A stretch of 64,000 nt of DNA. Source: Malacoraja senta. Lineage: Eukaryota. Below the pieces are notes generated by a model. The model was not told the origin of the DNA. It ran no database searches and was given only the letters and a program-made list of their open reading frames with translations. Made by a program: the position numbers and the translations under genes. Shown here one piece after another: positions 50,329 through 63,099 of the stretch (position 1 is the stretch's first letter; every line of letters begins with the position of its first letter). The stretch lies in the NCBI GenBank assembly GCA_038087875.1, contig CM075990.1, forward strand, positions 11,658,001-11,722,000, written 5' to 3'.

Positions 50329-50363
50329 TATACACACACACATATACACACACACACACACAC
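49643..50363. repeat. ~720-bp compound (CA)n repeat with CG/TA/AATG variants
   Basis: Directly visible; source of the His/Thr and Cys/Val ORFs. Confidence 0.97.
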
Positions 50364-50543
50364 AATCTTGCTTGCAACAGCACAACAGGCACACAGACCG
50401 AGTCAACACGCAAAAACATAAATTTAATATAAATTATTCATAAATGACATTCTATAAGACAGCAACAAAAAAGACTAGAGAGCTGTCCCAAACTCATTGG
50501 AGCCCCTTCGGGCTATCTTTCATCGGACTTTACTGGTTTTATC

Positions 50544-50900
50544 AAGGATAAAGACTAGAGAAATCTCCGGAAGACATTCACATGGCAATCGATCCCTCGG
50601 AGAAACTCCCACCAGGTTCCGACCAACCGTGGTCAACCTGGCACAGTCTCAACACAGTCTCCTTCCCACCCATGCCGACGTGCGTGGGAAGGAGCCAATG
50701 GAACATGCTGAAGTGGGGATATACACTGAAGATGTGGCAGGTGGTGAGTGCGGGCGGGGCCTCCAGACTGTGGAACATCTCCTGAGCTGTGACATGCTGC
50801 ATGACAGATGCACTGTAAAGGACCTTGCAGAGGCCAACCATGTGGCACTAAAATGTGCTCGCTATTGGCAAACAGTTGTGTGATGACACAAAATAATACT
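50544..50900 (+). mobile_element. RTE-clade LINE 3' fragment nested in a Rex1/Babar-like tail
   Basis: WSTWHSLN...GRSQWNMLKWGY then ECGRGLQTVEHLLSC...CTVKDLAEAN...YW* (Cys/His C-terminal motif); host tail ggttttatc|ttccactaaa is split. Confidence 0.65.
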
Positions 50901-51304
50901 AATCTTCCACTAAATATTATTCGCGTTATTGCCTTTGTCATGTATCTGTACACAGTGGATTGCTCGATTGTAATCATATTTTGTTTTTCCGCTGACTAGT
51001 TAGCATGCATCAAAAGCTTTTCGCTCTGACAATGCACTAAACTCAACAGGAAAAAAAACGTTTAAAAAAAAAAAAAAGCAAGTCTTTAGTGCAAGAAATT
51101 CCATAGGTGGTCCGTAACCTGTTGCCACAACAGGATTAAGGTTGTGTGGGTAGGTTCAAGAACCTGGTAGTTCTAGAAAACGAGATGATTACTCTAAATC
51201 TGATGGTGTGCGACTTCAGGCCTCTGTACCTCTTTCCCCGATGGTAACGGCAATAGAGGACGTAGCCTGGTTGGTGATAGATGCTGCCTTCTTGAGGTAG
51301 TCAG

Positions 51305-52210
51305 GGTACAGGAGTAGGCCATTCAGCCCATCAAGCCAGCACCGCCATTCAATATGATCATGGCTGATCATCCAAAATCAGTACCCCGTTCCTGCTTTCT
51401 CCCCATATCCCTTGCTTCCATTAGCCTTAAGAGCTAAATCTAACTCTCTCTTGAATACATCTCATATGGACGCTTTTGATGGTGGGGCGGGCTGAATGCA
51501 GGTCCTCTCGACTCCTTGAGATCAAGACTCATTTGTGGAATTCCCTGCCACAGAGGGCAGTGGAGGCCAAATCACTGGCTGGATTTAAGAGAGAGTTAGA
51601 TAGAGCTCATGGGGCTAGTGGAATCAAGGGATATGGGGAGAAGGCAAGCACGGGTTATTGATTTGGGACGATCAGCCATGATCACAATGAATGGCGGCGC
51701 TGGCTCAAAGGGCCGAATGGCCTCCTGTACCTATTTTCTATGTCTATGTCTAAGACAAACCCTTGAATCACCAAGGTGGACCAAGTGCTAGTATGCAGGA
51801 TTATTGTAGGCGGGTAGTTTAGTTTAGACATACAGCGCAGAAACGGGCCCTTTGGCCCACCGAGTCTGCGCTGATCAGCGATCCCTGCACACGAACACTA
51901 TCCTGCACCCACTAGGGACAATTTATAATTTGTATAATTCTTTAGTCAGAGGGTGGTGAATCTGTGGAATTCTTCGCCACAGAAGACTGTGGAGGCAAAG
52001 TCAATAGACAATAGGCGCAGGAGTAGGCCATTCGGCCCTTCGAGCCAGCACCGCCATTCAATGTCATCATATTCAGTGGATATATTTAAGGCAGCGATAG
52101 ATAGATTCTTGATTAGTACGGGTGTCGGGGGTTATGGTGAGAAGGCAGGAGAATGGGGTTGGGGGGGGTGGGGGTGATAGATCAGCCATGTGGCCTAATT
52201 CTGCTCTGAT
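51305..52210. mobile_element. Cluster of CR1 3' fragments (both strands) and a SINE tail
   Basis: HLWNSLPQRAVEAKSL...GIKGYGEKA-coding pieces and CR1 3' UTRs. Confidence 0.75.
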
Positions 52211-52879
52211 CTTCTGATTTTACCAAGCCAATTAGCCTGCTATTGATGGCTGTCGTGGATGTGAACTGTGAACATGGTTCTATATGTGAATTGGCGTTGA
52301 GCATTTTATAACACTGAGGTGCATTCTCTTTTAATCCTTGTCCTCTATCATATTTAATGTGAAAAAAATGTTGCAAGTGTTCTTAAATAACCTCATTGCC
52401 TCAGTTCAGTAGTAACTTATTGAACTAGGAGGAACATTGACAGCTGTGATCAAAGCCTTTATTGTTTCTAACAGGGTTGTTTTTTATTCACTGTAGAATA
52501 TCCCCAGTGACTTGATAAGAAGTTTTGTGCCTGAAAAGAGGATCCAACAGCCTTGTGAATTGAATTAAGCTTTGTAAATAATGCAGGAAAATGTTCAATA
52601 AATATAAACGATAGAAGATTTGTCCCCTTCAGAAATGTAAACCCCTGTTGGGAACAGAGCACTTTGCTGCAATCTCATAAATACTGTAAACCTTCACACT
52701 GAGTCTGAAGAAAAGTCTCGACCGGAAACGCCGCCCATTCCTTCTCTCCAGAGGTGCTGCCTGTCCCGCTGAGTGACTCCAGCTTTTTGTGTCTATCTTC
52801 ACAGTGGGACTTCAAATCAGACTCTTAACCTACCTTCTCGGGAGACCTCCCCACCATTGTTTTAAGGGAGCTCCTCACG

Positions 52880-53235
52880 CTGCCTCGGCAAGGCCAGCAG
52901 CATAATCAAGACCCTGGCCACTCCCTCTTCTCCCCTCGCCCATCGGGCAAAAAGGTATAGAAATGTGAAAACGCACACCTCCAGATTCAGGGACAGTTTC
53001 TTCCCAGCTGTTATCAGGCATCTGAACCATCCTACAGCAACCAGAGGGCGGTCCTGAACTACTATCAGACTCATTTTGATCGGACTTTACTGGCTTTTTA
53101 CCTTGCACTAAACGTTAGTCCCTTGTCATATATCTGTACATGGTGAATGGCTCGATTGGATTGTCTTTCCGCTGACTGGTTAGCACGCAACAAAGGCTTT
53201 TCTCCATACCTCAGGACACGTGACAATAGACCTCA
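52880..53235 (+). mobile_element. Rex1/Babar-like LINE 3' end
   Basis: CLGKASSIIK...YRNVKTHTSRFRDSFFPAVIRHLN and UTR. Confidence 0.75.
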
Positions 53236-56200
53236 ACTATTGACCTCAAGCCAATATCTATCCCACTTTAAAAAGAGCGGGTATATCGCTTTGCCCTTTG
53301 TGATGCCCAGAGGGGGGGGAAAGGTGCCACGTCAATGCAAGCTGCTTTGTGAATTTGAATTTAGTTGCTCAGAATTTGAAATTTAGTTTGTAAAAAAAAT
53401 GCAGCTCTGTTATCAGAACTGTATTACCAAGAAGGAAGAAAGATAGTTTGTTATCTGCACCTATCCCCGATCAACGTGATTGATCTTTGGCTACCCGCAA
53501 AGAGCCAGCAACCAGGATGTTGCCAGGACTGAGGGGCTGAACTATAGGGAGAGGTTGGTCTGGCTGTTGGAACAGCACAACGGGCACACAGACTGAATCA
53601 ACATACAAAAACATCCATTTTATATAAGTTATTCATGAATAAATTCTGCAAGACAATAAGAAGAAAAAAAGACTATTTAAAAAAAAAAATAAGACATCAG
53701 TGCAAAACATTCCATAGTAGTGTTCATATCTGATTGGGCAAACACATAATTGGATTAAACACAGTTCTGAAGGAAATCAGCAGGTTGTTTGTGGAGGGAA
53801 TGGGTAGACAACATCTTTGGCCGGGACCTTTCCTCAGACCCATTGTTGAAAAGAGGAGATATTTGTCAAAGTAGGCATGGAGATGAATGGGTGACGTTTC
53901 GGCTCGAGACCCTTGTTCAGACCTGAAACGTCACCCGGTCCTTCTCTCCACAGACGCTGCCAGTCCTGCTGAGTTACTCCAGCATTTTGTATCTATCTTT
54001 GGTGTAAATCTTTCCCCCCTACATTCTTTGGGGAGATTTCAAGGTGGAGCCGTGAAGCATAGACAAGAGACCATGTAGATGCTGGAATCTTGATCAGAAC
54101 ACATTGCTGGAGAAACTCAACAGGCCAGATAGCATCCATGGAGGGAATGGACGGACAATGTTTTGGGTCGGGACCTTTTGTTTCCTGACACTTAATCTGT
54201 TTCATTGTAGTTGGAAGATCTGTACTGGTCTAAATATCATTATTTTTCCCTGTGGTGCCATAGAATCTTTCCGTGTCGACTTGAGGGAGGAGAAGGGGAC
54301 ATCTTTGAACGTTCCATCTGTAAGATGGTCCCCTCGTGGTTCATGACTACCTGGGTAATGTCAGTGGTTTGGGTTGAGAAGAATCGGTGCATTGTCTAAT
54401 TACAGTGTAGTTTCCTCTGTGCTGCTGCTGTGCTCATAGTCTTGAGATGCTTTCTCATTTAGCGCTACACTGTTCTTCAATCAGTGTAGGTAGACTGATG
54501 TCCACAAGCCAGCAGTTATGGAGAAGCCCCTGCCCCATACTGGGCAGAGACATATGTCACCACAGTGACCTCTGCCTGTGACCCCTCCGATGTGCTGAAT
54601 GAGTTCCTGCTTCATATTTCAGTCTGAAAACCAGATTTGTTGATGTTTCTTTTCCAGTTTTGAGCAGTCCTTTTGTTTTAATGCTTCGCCATTGGTTGAA
54701 GTACGGAACAAAATCTCAACGCACGCAGATTTTCAAGAGGATGTCAGTTGTTTGAAGGCTGCCTGTCATTGAGTTGTCCCATTGGGCACAGATTGGTTGA
54801 GGACGAGGGGAAAATGCAGCGTGCTTTTTGTAAGATGCCCAGATAATGTTCAGCTTCTTGGAGAAGAATACATGTTCTGTGGGGCATTTCTCACAGGGAA
54901 TGCTCCACCTTTCCATGGTCATCAGTGCCGACTCTCATTTTGTGCAGAACCTTTTCATACCTCTAGTTTCCCTTTCCCCTGGCTCTCAGTCTGAAGAAGG
55001 GTCTTGACCCGAAACATCACCTTTCCTCCAGAGGTGCTGCCTGGCCCGCTGAGTTACTCCAACATTTTGTGTCTTTCTTTGAGCCATTTCTCAAGGTTGG
55101 GTGAATAGGGAACTAAGCACATCTCATGTAGAAGGAATTTGCTTATTTCTCAGAGTAGCTCTTTATACTAAACCCTTGCTTGTCTCTTCAATGTGACCCC
55201 CCCACCCTTGTATACCATCAATACAATATAGTGAAAAAAGACACAAAGTGCTGGAATAACTCAGTGTCAGGCAGCATCTCTGGAGAGCATGGAAAGGTAA
55301 CATTTCAAATCGGGACCTTTCTTTAAGATTCACTGCAGTGCACCTCCTTGCCAAACTCATATTGTTACTGTCTTGGGGAAACAAAATAAAATGGAACTTT
55401 CTTCTGAGGACATCACCTGCCCACGTTCTCCAGAAATGCTGTCTGATCTGTTGAGTTACTCCAGCGCTTTTTTTGTGTGTAAACTAGCACCTGCAGTTCC
55501 TGGTGACTCCAGGTTTCCTGGACAATTGGATGCTGGTTTATTGGAGGTATACTCGCCCACTGAAAGCCTTGCAAACTGGGCGTATGGGGTCCGGACACCT
55601 TTGTGCTTGTGTTCTTGGGCATATGTCCCCAGATCTGTATGCAAAGAAGTGAGAATGTGAAGCTTGCGTATTATTGAGCAGCAGTGTCTAAATCCACCTG
55701 GGCTTTGCCAACGTTTAAATTATTTTTCCCCTTGTGCTGAGCGGAGTGACGAGCTCGACTATAATGGATGTAATTACCTAAACTAGGCCCATACCAGCTG
55801 TTGACACAAATCACTGATCTAAATATTCAACAGCCTGATCAGTTGGAGCCAGTGATGACTTGAGCTGTGATTCATGGCCTCTGCGGTTTGTGCACAGACC
55901 TCCAGTTGTTACTTGTTCTTCAATGATGCAAAATGGCCATTTGGCACTTAACGAAAAATGATCTCAGGCCTGTGTTTCAGCCACCTGAAGAGCACGTGAA
56001 CCAAAACTGAAGTGCTTTTATAATTCAATTGGAACAATCTTCAAGGCAATGTGGTTATGGAGAATTCTGCAGTATAGGAGGAAGTCATTGAACCCTTTCT
56101 CCCTGCACTGGCTGCCCATCACTGCTCTTATCCTTGGTATTGAGGTTGACGCCTGGATTAGGGGGTATTTGCTACAGGGAGAAGTTGGATTGTTTCCTCT

Positions 56201-56412
56201 GAACCCCAGAGGTTGCGGGGAGACCTGGTAGAAGTGTATACAATGATGAGGTCTAGATAGGATGGACCGTCAGAATCATTTTCCTAGGATCGAAAAGTCA
56301 AATGCTAGAGAGCATCGTTTTAAGGTGAGAGGGGCAAAGTTTAAAGGTGCTAACTCCATCATTAAGTTCACCAGAACCCCATTGTTGGCTAGATCAACCA
56401 TAATGAAGAGCA

Positions 56413-56816
56413 TTGGGCAGCTTATAACCCAGCGGTGCGAATATTGATTTCTCTAATCTCAAGTAACCCTTGCATTCAGTCTCTCTCCCTCCCTCCCCCG
56501 CTCTCGTTGATCTACTAGTTTCACTATCGTCCTGTACTGTAACACTGTTTGTATCTACTCATTCTCACCTCTTCCACAGCCAACAATGGACCATTGTGGG
56601 CTCCACCTTTCCAGAGTCAGCGGTGCCAGCTCTGATCTGTTCTGTACCTTTTCATGCCTCTCGTTTCCCTCTCCCCTGACTCTCAGTCTGTAGAAGGGTC
56701 TTGACCCAAAACGCCACCTATTCCTGCTCTCCAGACATGCTTTCTGACCCACTGAGTTACTTCAGCATTTTGTGTCTATCTTCCCGGTAAACCAGCCTCT
56801 GCAGTTCCTTCCTTCA
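56413..56816 (+). mobile_element. Penelope-like 3' end: GIY-YIG tail, 3' region and hammerhead-bearing repeat in one contiguous piece
   Basis: LGSL*PSGANIDFSNLK* at 56413-56466, then ctcagtctgtagaagggtcttgacccaaaacgccac (~56682-56717) and the common repeat body. Confidence 0.78.
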
Positions 56817-56819
56817 CAT

Positions 56820-57735
56820 AATGAGACCGAGTACAGCAATGAAATCGAGAACCTTGTGTCATGGTGTCAGAACAACAGCCAAGGCCATAACCTCAGCAAG
56901 AGAAAAGAATTGTCATTGACTTAAGGAAGCAGAGAGGTGAACGCAACCCTCTTCTCATCAGCAGAGCCACTGTAGAGATGGTCGACAGCTTCTAGTTTCT
57001 CGGCATCCATACCACAAAAAACTTGAAGACGGGCACAAAGTGCTGGAATAACTCAGCAGGTCAGGCAGAATTTATGGAGATAAAGGATGGGTGACGGAAA
57101 CTAGAGGTATGAAAACCCCGCAACAATGCACTAGGTGTTTGAGAGGATTCTGCGTGTCCATGAGAATTCCCACCAAATTCTGCAGAAGTAGAAAGTATTC
57201 TGACGGAACGCGCATCGACCTGGTCGGGCAACTGCTCTGCTCTTGACCCCCCCCCCCCCCCCCACCGAACCCGCAAAGAACGGTGAGCATAGCCCAGCCC
57301 ATCGCAGGCTCGTCACTTCCTTCCATCCAGTCCACCTTCACCGTGGGTTGCATCAGGAAGGTCGGAAGTATCGTCAAGGACATTCCCTTTTCTCTCTTCT
57401 ACCTTCTAGGAATAGATACAGGAGTTTGAAAAACAGACCTCCAGACATAAAGAACAGCTTCTTCCCCCATCTGTTGAGGGATCATCGCTTGCTAACTTAT
57501 TTTCCTGAGGTGCTACCAAATAAGGCTTGCTCTTCCTTCATTTTTTTGCTCCATTATTGCACTTTAATTTTTTTAATATTTCAGATTGCACTGCAATCTT
57601 CGCACCTTTCTGCTAATTTGCATTGTTCATTGCATTTATCGTACTTATTGCATTTATTATTTACTAGGCGCTTCACGCGAACTAGGAATTTCATTGCACT
57701 CTGGTGCATATGGCAATAAACTAACCTAATCTAAG
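56820..57735 (+). mobile_element. Fragmented Rex1/Babar-like LINE with nested repeats
   Basis: WCQNN...NLSKRKELxIDLRK...FxFLGI-type remnant, then SIVKD...LLPSRNRYRSLK...KNSFFP. Confidence 0.6.
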
Positions 57736-58865
57736 ACTAATTGGAATGGGAGCAGAGTTTAGCTTTCATCTATCTCGGAGACAGTAAAACAAACCCCTCC
57801 TTCCCAGCCATGAGTCTTTACAGCAGCAAGGAGCAATATCAAGTCAACTTGGCCAGGGGCATATTGGCTGCTTCCCTGCACTTGGAGAGGTCCAAATGTT
57901 CGGCAACTAGTGTGATTGTTGATGGTATGGGACATTATGTGTCACATGTACCAAGGTACAGTGAACTTCACTTGTATATATAGTTCAGCACAAGTCTCAT
58001 TTTACACTATAGGGGAGACCTTTTATCAAAGGGAATGAAGGGAGAAACCTTTGCCTCCAATGTGCCATCTTCCATTTTATGTAGGAAGGGAAATACTTGG
58101 AAGTAGTTGTGTCTAGTTTTCATGCGATTTGGGATTTCCTCAAATGGGGAGGAAAGAGAGTGTGGATAATGACAGCATAACAAATGCAGACTTTAACTCC
58201 GTTCTTCAAGGTTACAGATGTATCTGGGTTGGTACACCAGCTTGTCCTGTCCCAGTTCACACGATGGTATGGAAGTTTATGATCTCATCTGTCTAATCTG
58301 ATGAGAAGCAAAGTTATAGTGATACTGTGCGGAAACGGGCCCTTCAGCCCAACTAGTCCACACCAGCCAACATGTCCCAGCCACACTTGTCCCACCTGCC
58401 TGTGCTTGGTCCATATCCCTCCAAACCTGTCCTACCCATGTAAGGATATTCATCCATCCAAGTTGTCCCCATCTTGACCAATATTCATCCCTTGCTTAAA
58501 AAAAGCAGTCGCTTGTTGACTTTTTGTTGTTACTCCTATTTGGAGTTTGCCGTGCATAATATGATTATCACGTTTTACCACCTCAGAGTTACTAATGGCT
58601 CAGTTCTTGGAGGGGCGCGTAGGAGCAGAGACTATGTCACGTGGGGCAGCCAGGGAATTTAAATTCCAATAATTAAATGAAGAGTTCGAATTTTAATAAA
58701 AGAACTATCCTCATTAAGGATGACAATGAAACTACCAGGATGGCACGAAGTCACATCTGGTTCACCGCTCCCCAGGGAAGTATCTTGCTGTAGATTATAT
58801 GTGGCTCCATACCGACCAATGTGGTTGATTCTAAAATGGCCTAGCAAGCTATTTGGTAGGGAATT

Positions 58866-59165
58866 CGTTTAGTTTCGAGATACAGCAGAGAAACAGGCCC
58901 TTAGGCCCACCGAGTCCATGCCGACCAGTGATTCCTGTACACCAACACTATCCTACACACACTAGGGACAATCTCTACCGTAGGCAAGTAACCTACAAAC
59001 ATGTATGTCTTTGGAATGTGGGAGGAAACCGGAGCACCCGGGGTAAGTCCAAGCGGTCAGGGGGAGAACATACAAACACCGTACAGACGGCACCCGTAGT
59101 TAGGATCAAACCCGGGCCTCTGGTGCTGTAAGGCAGCAACTCTACCGCTGCGCCACCATGCCTGC
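58866..59165 (-). mobile_element. Full-length V-SINE (HE1-like)
   Basis: Family structure on the minus strand. Confidence 0.88.
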
Positions 59166-59390
59166 CTGTGATGGACAATGAAATGCCAGCCTTATTGTTG
59201 ACCTCCGCATCCTATGACTGAACCCCAAAAAATACATTGACGCTCCACCGCCTGCTGCCAAATACCCCAGGTTTTGCCAATGAAATGCACATCGTCTCCC
59301 CACAGGTGGTGTATGAATGAATGTTTGAAATGTTCTTGTACGGAGGCTGGTGCTTTAAATTGAATTGCTCTGGGAATAACGTATCTGAGT

Positions 59391-59426
59391 GAATAACCAA
59401 TTCTTTCTTTGTTTTTCAGGTAAGTG
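59391..59426 (+). other. Candidate recursive splice site (polypyrimidine tract-CAG|GTAAGT)
   Basis: aataaccaattctttctttgtttttcag|gtaagt in non-repetitive sequence. Confidence 0.5.
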
Positions 59427-62208
59427 CAGCGTGCTTTATCTTCCTAGTGCTTGCTATGTGCTGTGGTAATGAGATAGCGAGGGATTAGCTGGTGGACGGC
59501 AGTCTGCACACTGAGCCACGTTCCTGCAGGAATGCGGAGAGGATAAGGATCTTGACGACTGCTCGGTAACGTTGGCTCATTTCCTTTGTGATTTTTAGCT
59601 CATCTGTTGGTGTGAAGCACTCCGAGCTTTCTCGGTACTATGTGCAGGCGCAGGTTTACACCAAAGATAGACACAAAATGCTGGAGCAACTCAGCGGGTC
59701 AGGCAGCATCTCTGGAGCAAAGGTGTAGGTGACATTTCGGGTTGAGAGACGTCACCTATTCCATTGCTCCAGAGATGCTGCCTGACCCGCTGAGTTACTC
59801 CAGCATTTTGTGTCTTCCTTAGTACTGTACCTCCTGGACAATGGCAGTATCTGAAGTCTTGGCACTTCAGTCACTTGTCTCAACCAAGATATTCCCGGAG
59901 GATTGGTCATATAACTGCTGGGCCTGCCCCAGTCAAACTGTTATTTTTCCATCTGTCTAGAAGTTTTGTGACCAAATAGAAGCTGTTCAAATAATTATAA
60001 AGAACAAACATGCAATAATTTCAATATTCCTGCAGCATAACATCGTGAGTAGAATAGATAAGGTACACGCAGTCTTTAACCCAGTAGGGGAATCAAGAAC
60101 CAGAGACAAAGGTTTAAGGTGCGAGGGAAAGATTTAATTGGATCCTGAGGGGCAACCTTTTCACACAGGGTGGTGGGTGTATGGAATGAGCTACCAGAGG
60201 AGGTATTTGAGGCTGAAACGACTTAAAATACAATTGGGCAAGTATGTGGGTAGGAAAGGTTTTAGGCTACACACTTTAAAGCCAAGAAAGTCCTTCCTGA
60301 GACATAGTTGGCATTATCACTTGGGAAATTTGGCACCCAATTTGTCCAAAGACATCTCCTGAGATAAACCTACTAGAGACAGTTCTGCTATAGTGCATGT
60401 ATCCTCAATGTGAATGAGATACGTGGTTGATGAATTGGGAAACACTATTTGCATTACGCAAACCAAATTAGTTACAGGACGATTTAGATCAGGACTGAGA
60501 GAGCCACTTAAAAGTTACTTTGGAAATTGGCCAGCAGTAAAAAAAGCTGTCTTGGAAAAGAAATGTTTCCATGTAGCCTCCCCACAGTAATCACCCTATT
60601 AAGAACACGGTCTGTCCATTCTTTTGCAGCAGGCCATTGTAATTGTCAAGTAATTGGGTCTATTGGCATGTGCCATGATACTACATTAATGAATGTAACA
60701 TACTGCTTTTAATATTTTTAGCTTGCAGCAACAAATTTAAACTTGCAACCATTAAAAATGCTGTTAGTTTTGAAAATCCTGTGGGGGAGAAAACAACATT
60801 GTTATTGTGAGTCTGAAACTCTCTGGTCCGAATTCCCTGTTGGAGCAATTGTTTATATAACATCAATTTCTATAAAATACAGTTTCTTGGAAATGCAATT
60901 ATTGCGTTCTAGCAGATTTACCTGTAATTGGAGTTAATGCATTATTTATGGGGCTACCACCATTTTGAAATACAGTGATCTTTCTTGTCCATCTGTAAGA
61001 TACAGGCAGGGTCTTAATTTAATATCCCACCCAAAGACACAATTATCAGCCGAGATTAGCCGAGCACCGATGGTGCTGAAGGCTCTGCAGTGGGACTTGA
61101 ACCCACAACCTACTAATCCTCAGCCGAGGGTACAGCCCACTGAGCCACAGGGTCTACAGACAATCCTCCCTCCTAGAATTATTAATTTAGGCTAAACAGC
61201 CCATGGTGCAAGCCAGTTTACCAGAGCAATGCAACAGCAACCTCAGGGGAGCTGACAAGTTGATAAAGTATTTTCATAAGAATTCCTTAACACTGCTGCC
61301 TTGATAGAAATGAAATAGCTCCTTCAGGCTGCAATGAATCCACGGGGCAATGCACAGCCTTTTACCCATGGTTGGGAATCAAGAACCAGAGGGCATAGAT
61401 TTAAGGTGAGAGGGGAAAAGTCTTAATAGGAACCTGAGGGGCAACGTCTTCATTCCGAGGGTGGTCTGTTTGCGGAACTAATTATACAGAGAAAGTGGTT
61501 GAGACAGGGACCACAGGAACATTTAATAGACACTTGGACAAGCAGATGGGTAGGAACGTTTGAGGAATGTGGGTCAAATCCTGGCAAATTGGACTAGATT
61601 TGTTGGGGCATTTGGTTGCGTGGGGTGAAAGGCTTGTTGCCTGACTTTGTGGCTCTATGAGTGTTTGACTCCAGCAGAGGAAGGTAGAAAGACTAACCAA
61701 TACCTTTGACACAGAAGAAGGCAGCATACAGTGGGGAGAGAAGTGGATTTAAACCTTGGTGTTATTTATTACTAAATGGCATTCATAAATCCATAATATT
61801 GGCACAGATGAAGCCTCTAAGGTGGACAGTAAAGGGGAGGGGAGAAAATTCGTATTTGGAATTGACGAATGCACAGTTTCAGTGACCTAGGTTCAGTCCT
61901 TGCCGCACAGGTTTGTCTGTGTGGAGTTTGCATGTTCTCCCTGTGATTGCATCGGTCTTCTCTTGGGTGCACAAGACTCCTTCCCCCATCCGAAAAAAGT
62001 GTGGGTTATTAAATTAATTTGCCCCTGTAATTTAATGCTAGTGTGTAGATGATTAGTAAAATGGAGATGGGCCAGGGGGAGAGTGATGTTGATGGGAATG
62101 TGGGGGAGAATAAAATGGATTAGGGTGGGATTAGTGAAAATGGGTGAATTCTGATCAGCAAAGATTCTGGTGACGGTCTATGTCTGCTGTGTCTCTCCGA
62201 CTGGCTAA

Positions 62209-62522
62209 AGGGCCTGCCTGTCCCACTGTACGAGCTAATTCAAGAGTTCTCCTGAGTTTTCCCCTGATTCGAACTCGGAGAATTACGGTAATAGCCGCTC
62301 GTAGGTACTCGGGGCTCTCTTGGGCATTTTTCAACATGTTGAAAAATCTTCACGAGCTTACCGCATTTCCCGAGTACCTACCGTTAGCGTTACGAGCCGC
62401 TAAGAGACGTCCCGAGCTCCGACGTACCCGCTACGTACATTCTACGTGCTTACCACGAGTTCGATTATTTTTTTTAAACTCGGGAGAGCTCTTCAATGAA
62501 CTCGCACAGTGGGACAGTCCCT
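62209..62522. mobile_element. PIF/Harbinger-type MITE, family B
   Basis: Near-identical to 22164-22480; TAA TSD; 4-bp duplication inside the left TIR. Confidence 0.88.
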
Positions 62523-62764
62523 TAAATCTGCTTGTGCAGTCAGGAAGGAAGATAGAATACAGCGTAAGCAACAAGGAACTATTTACAACCTACAACTACA
62601 TGGTCAATTTTTAGAGTGGCAATTACAGTACATAAATCAGAAATGATTCCTGATGAGTGACTTTTTAATTGATGCAATTACAAGCATGCAGTAGAACTCT
62701 TTTCCTCTAATTTGTGTCTCTGGCTTTGGCATGTTAAGTCTGGCCTTGCAAAGCCCCTCCTTGA

Positions 62765-62945
62765 GCATCCAGGAGCGGCAAAGACTGCAAAAGGTTGTAA
62801 GCACTGCCCAGTCCATCATCGGCTCTGACCTCCCTACCATCGAGGGGATCTATCGCAGTCGCTGCCTCAAAAAGGCTGCCAGCATCATCAAGGACCCACA
62901 CCATCCTGGCCACACACTCATCTCCCCGCTGCCCTCGGGTAGACC
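62765..62945 (+). mobile_element. Rex1/Babar-like ORF fragment
   Basis: ERQRLQKVVSTAQSIIGSDLPTIEGIYRSRCLKKAASIIKDPHHPGHTLISPLPSGR; related piece at 63858-64000. Confidence 0.75.
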
Positions 62946-63099
62946 CACACCATGAATCTGCCCATGACCGTACTACGTCTTTTTCGTCGAGTGGGCTATC
63001 TTGCTTGCTATAAGATCTTTGGTTTTGACCCGAAATGTCACCTATGCCTTTTCTCCAGAGATGCTGCCACACCCGATGAGTCACTCCAGTGTATCTTTG

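Noticed and set aside
49463..50443. 326-aa His/Thr-rich ORF and overlapping ORFs
   Set aside because: Translation of the (CA)n compound repeat.
59306..59419. 114-nt coding exon between ccccacag| and |gtaagt
   Set aside because: Stop codons in all three frames; a non-coding exon cannot be excluded.
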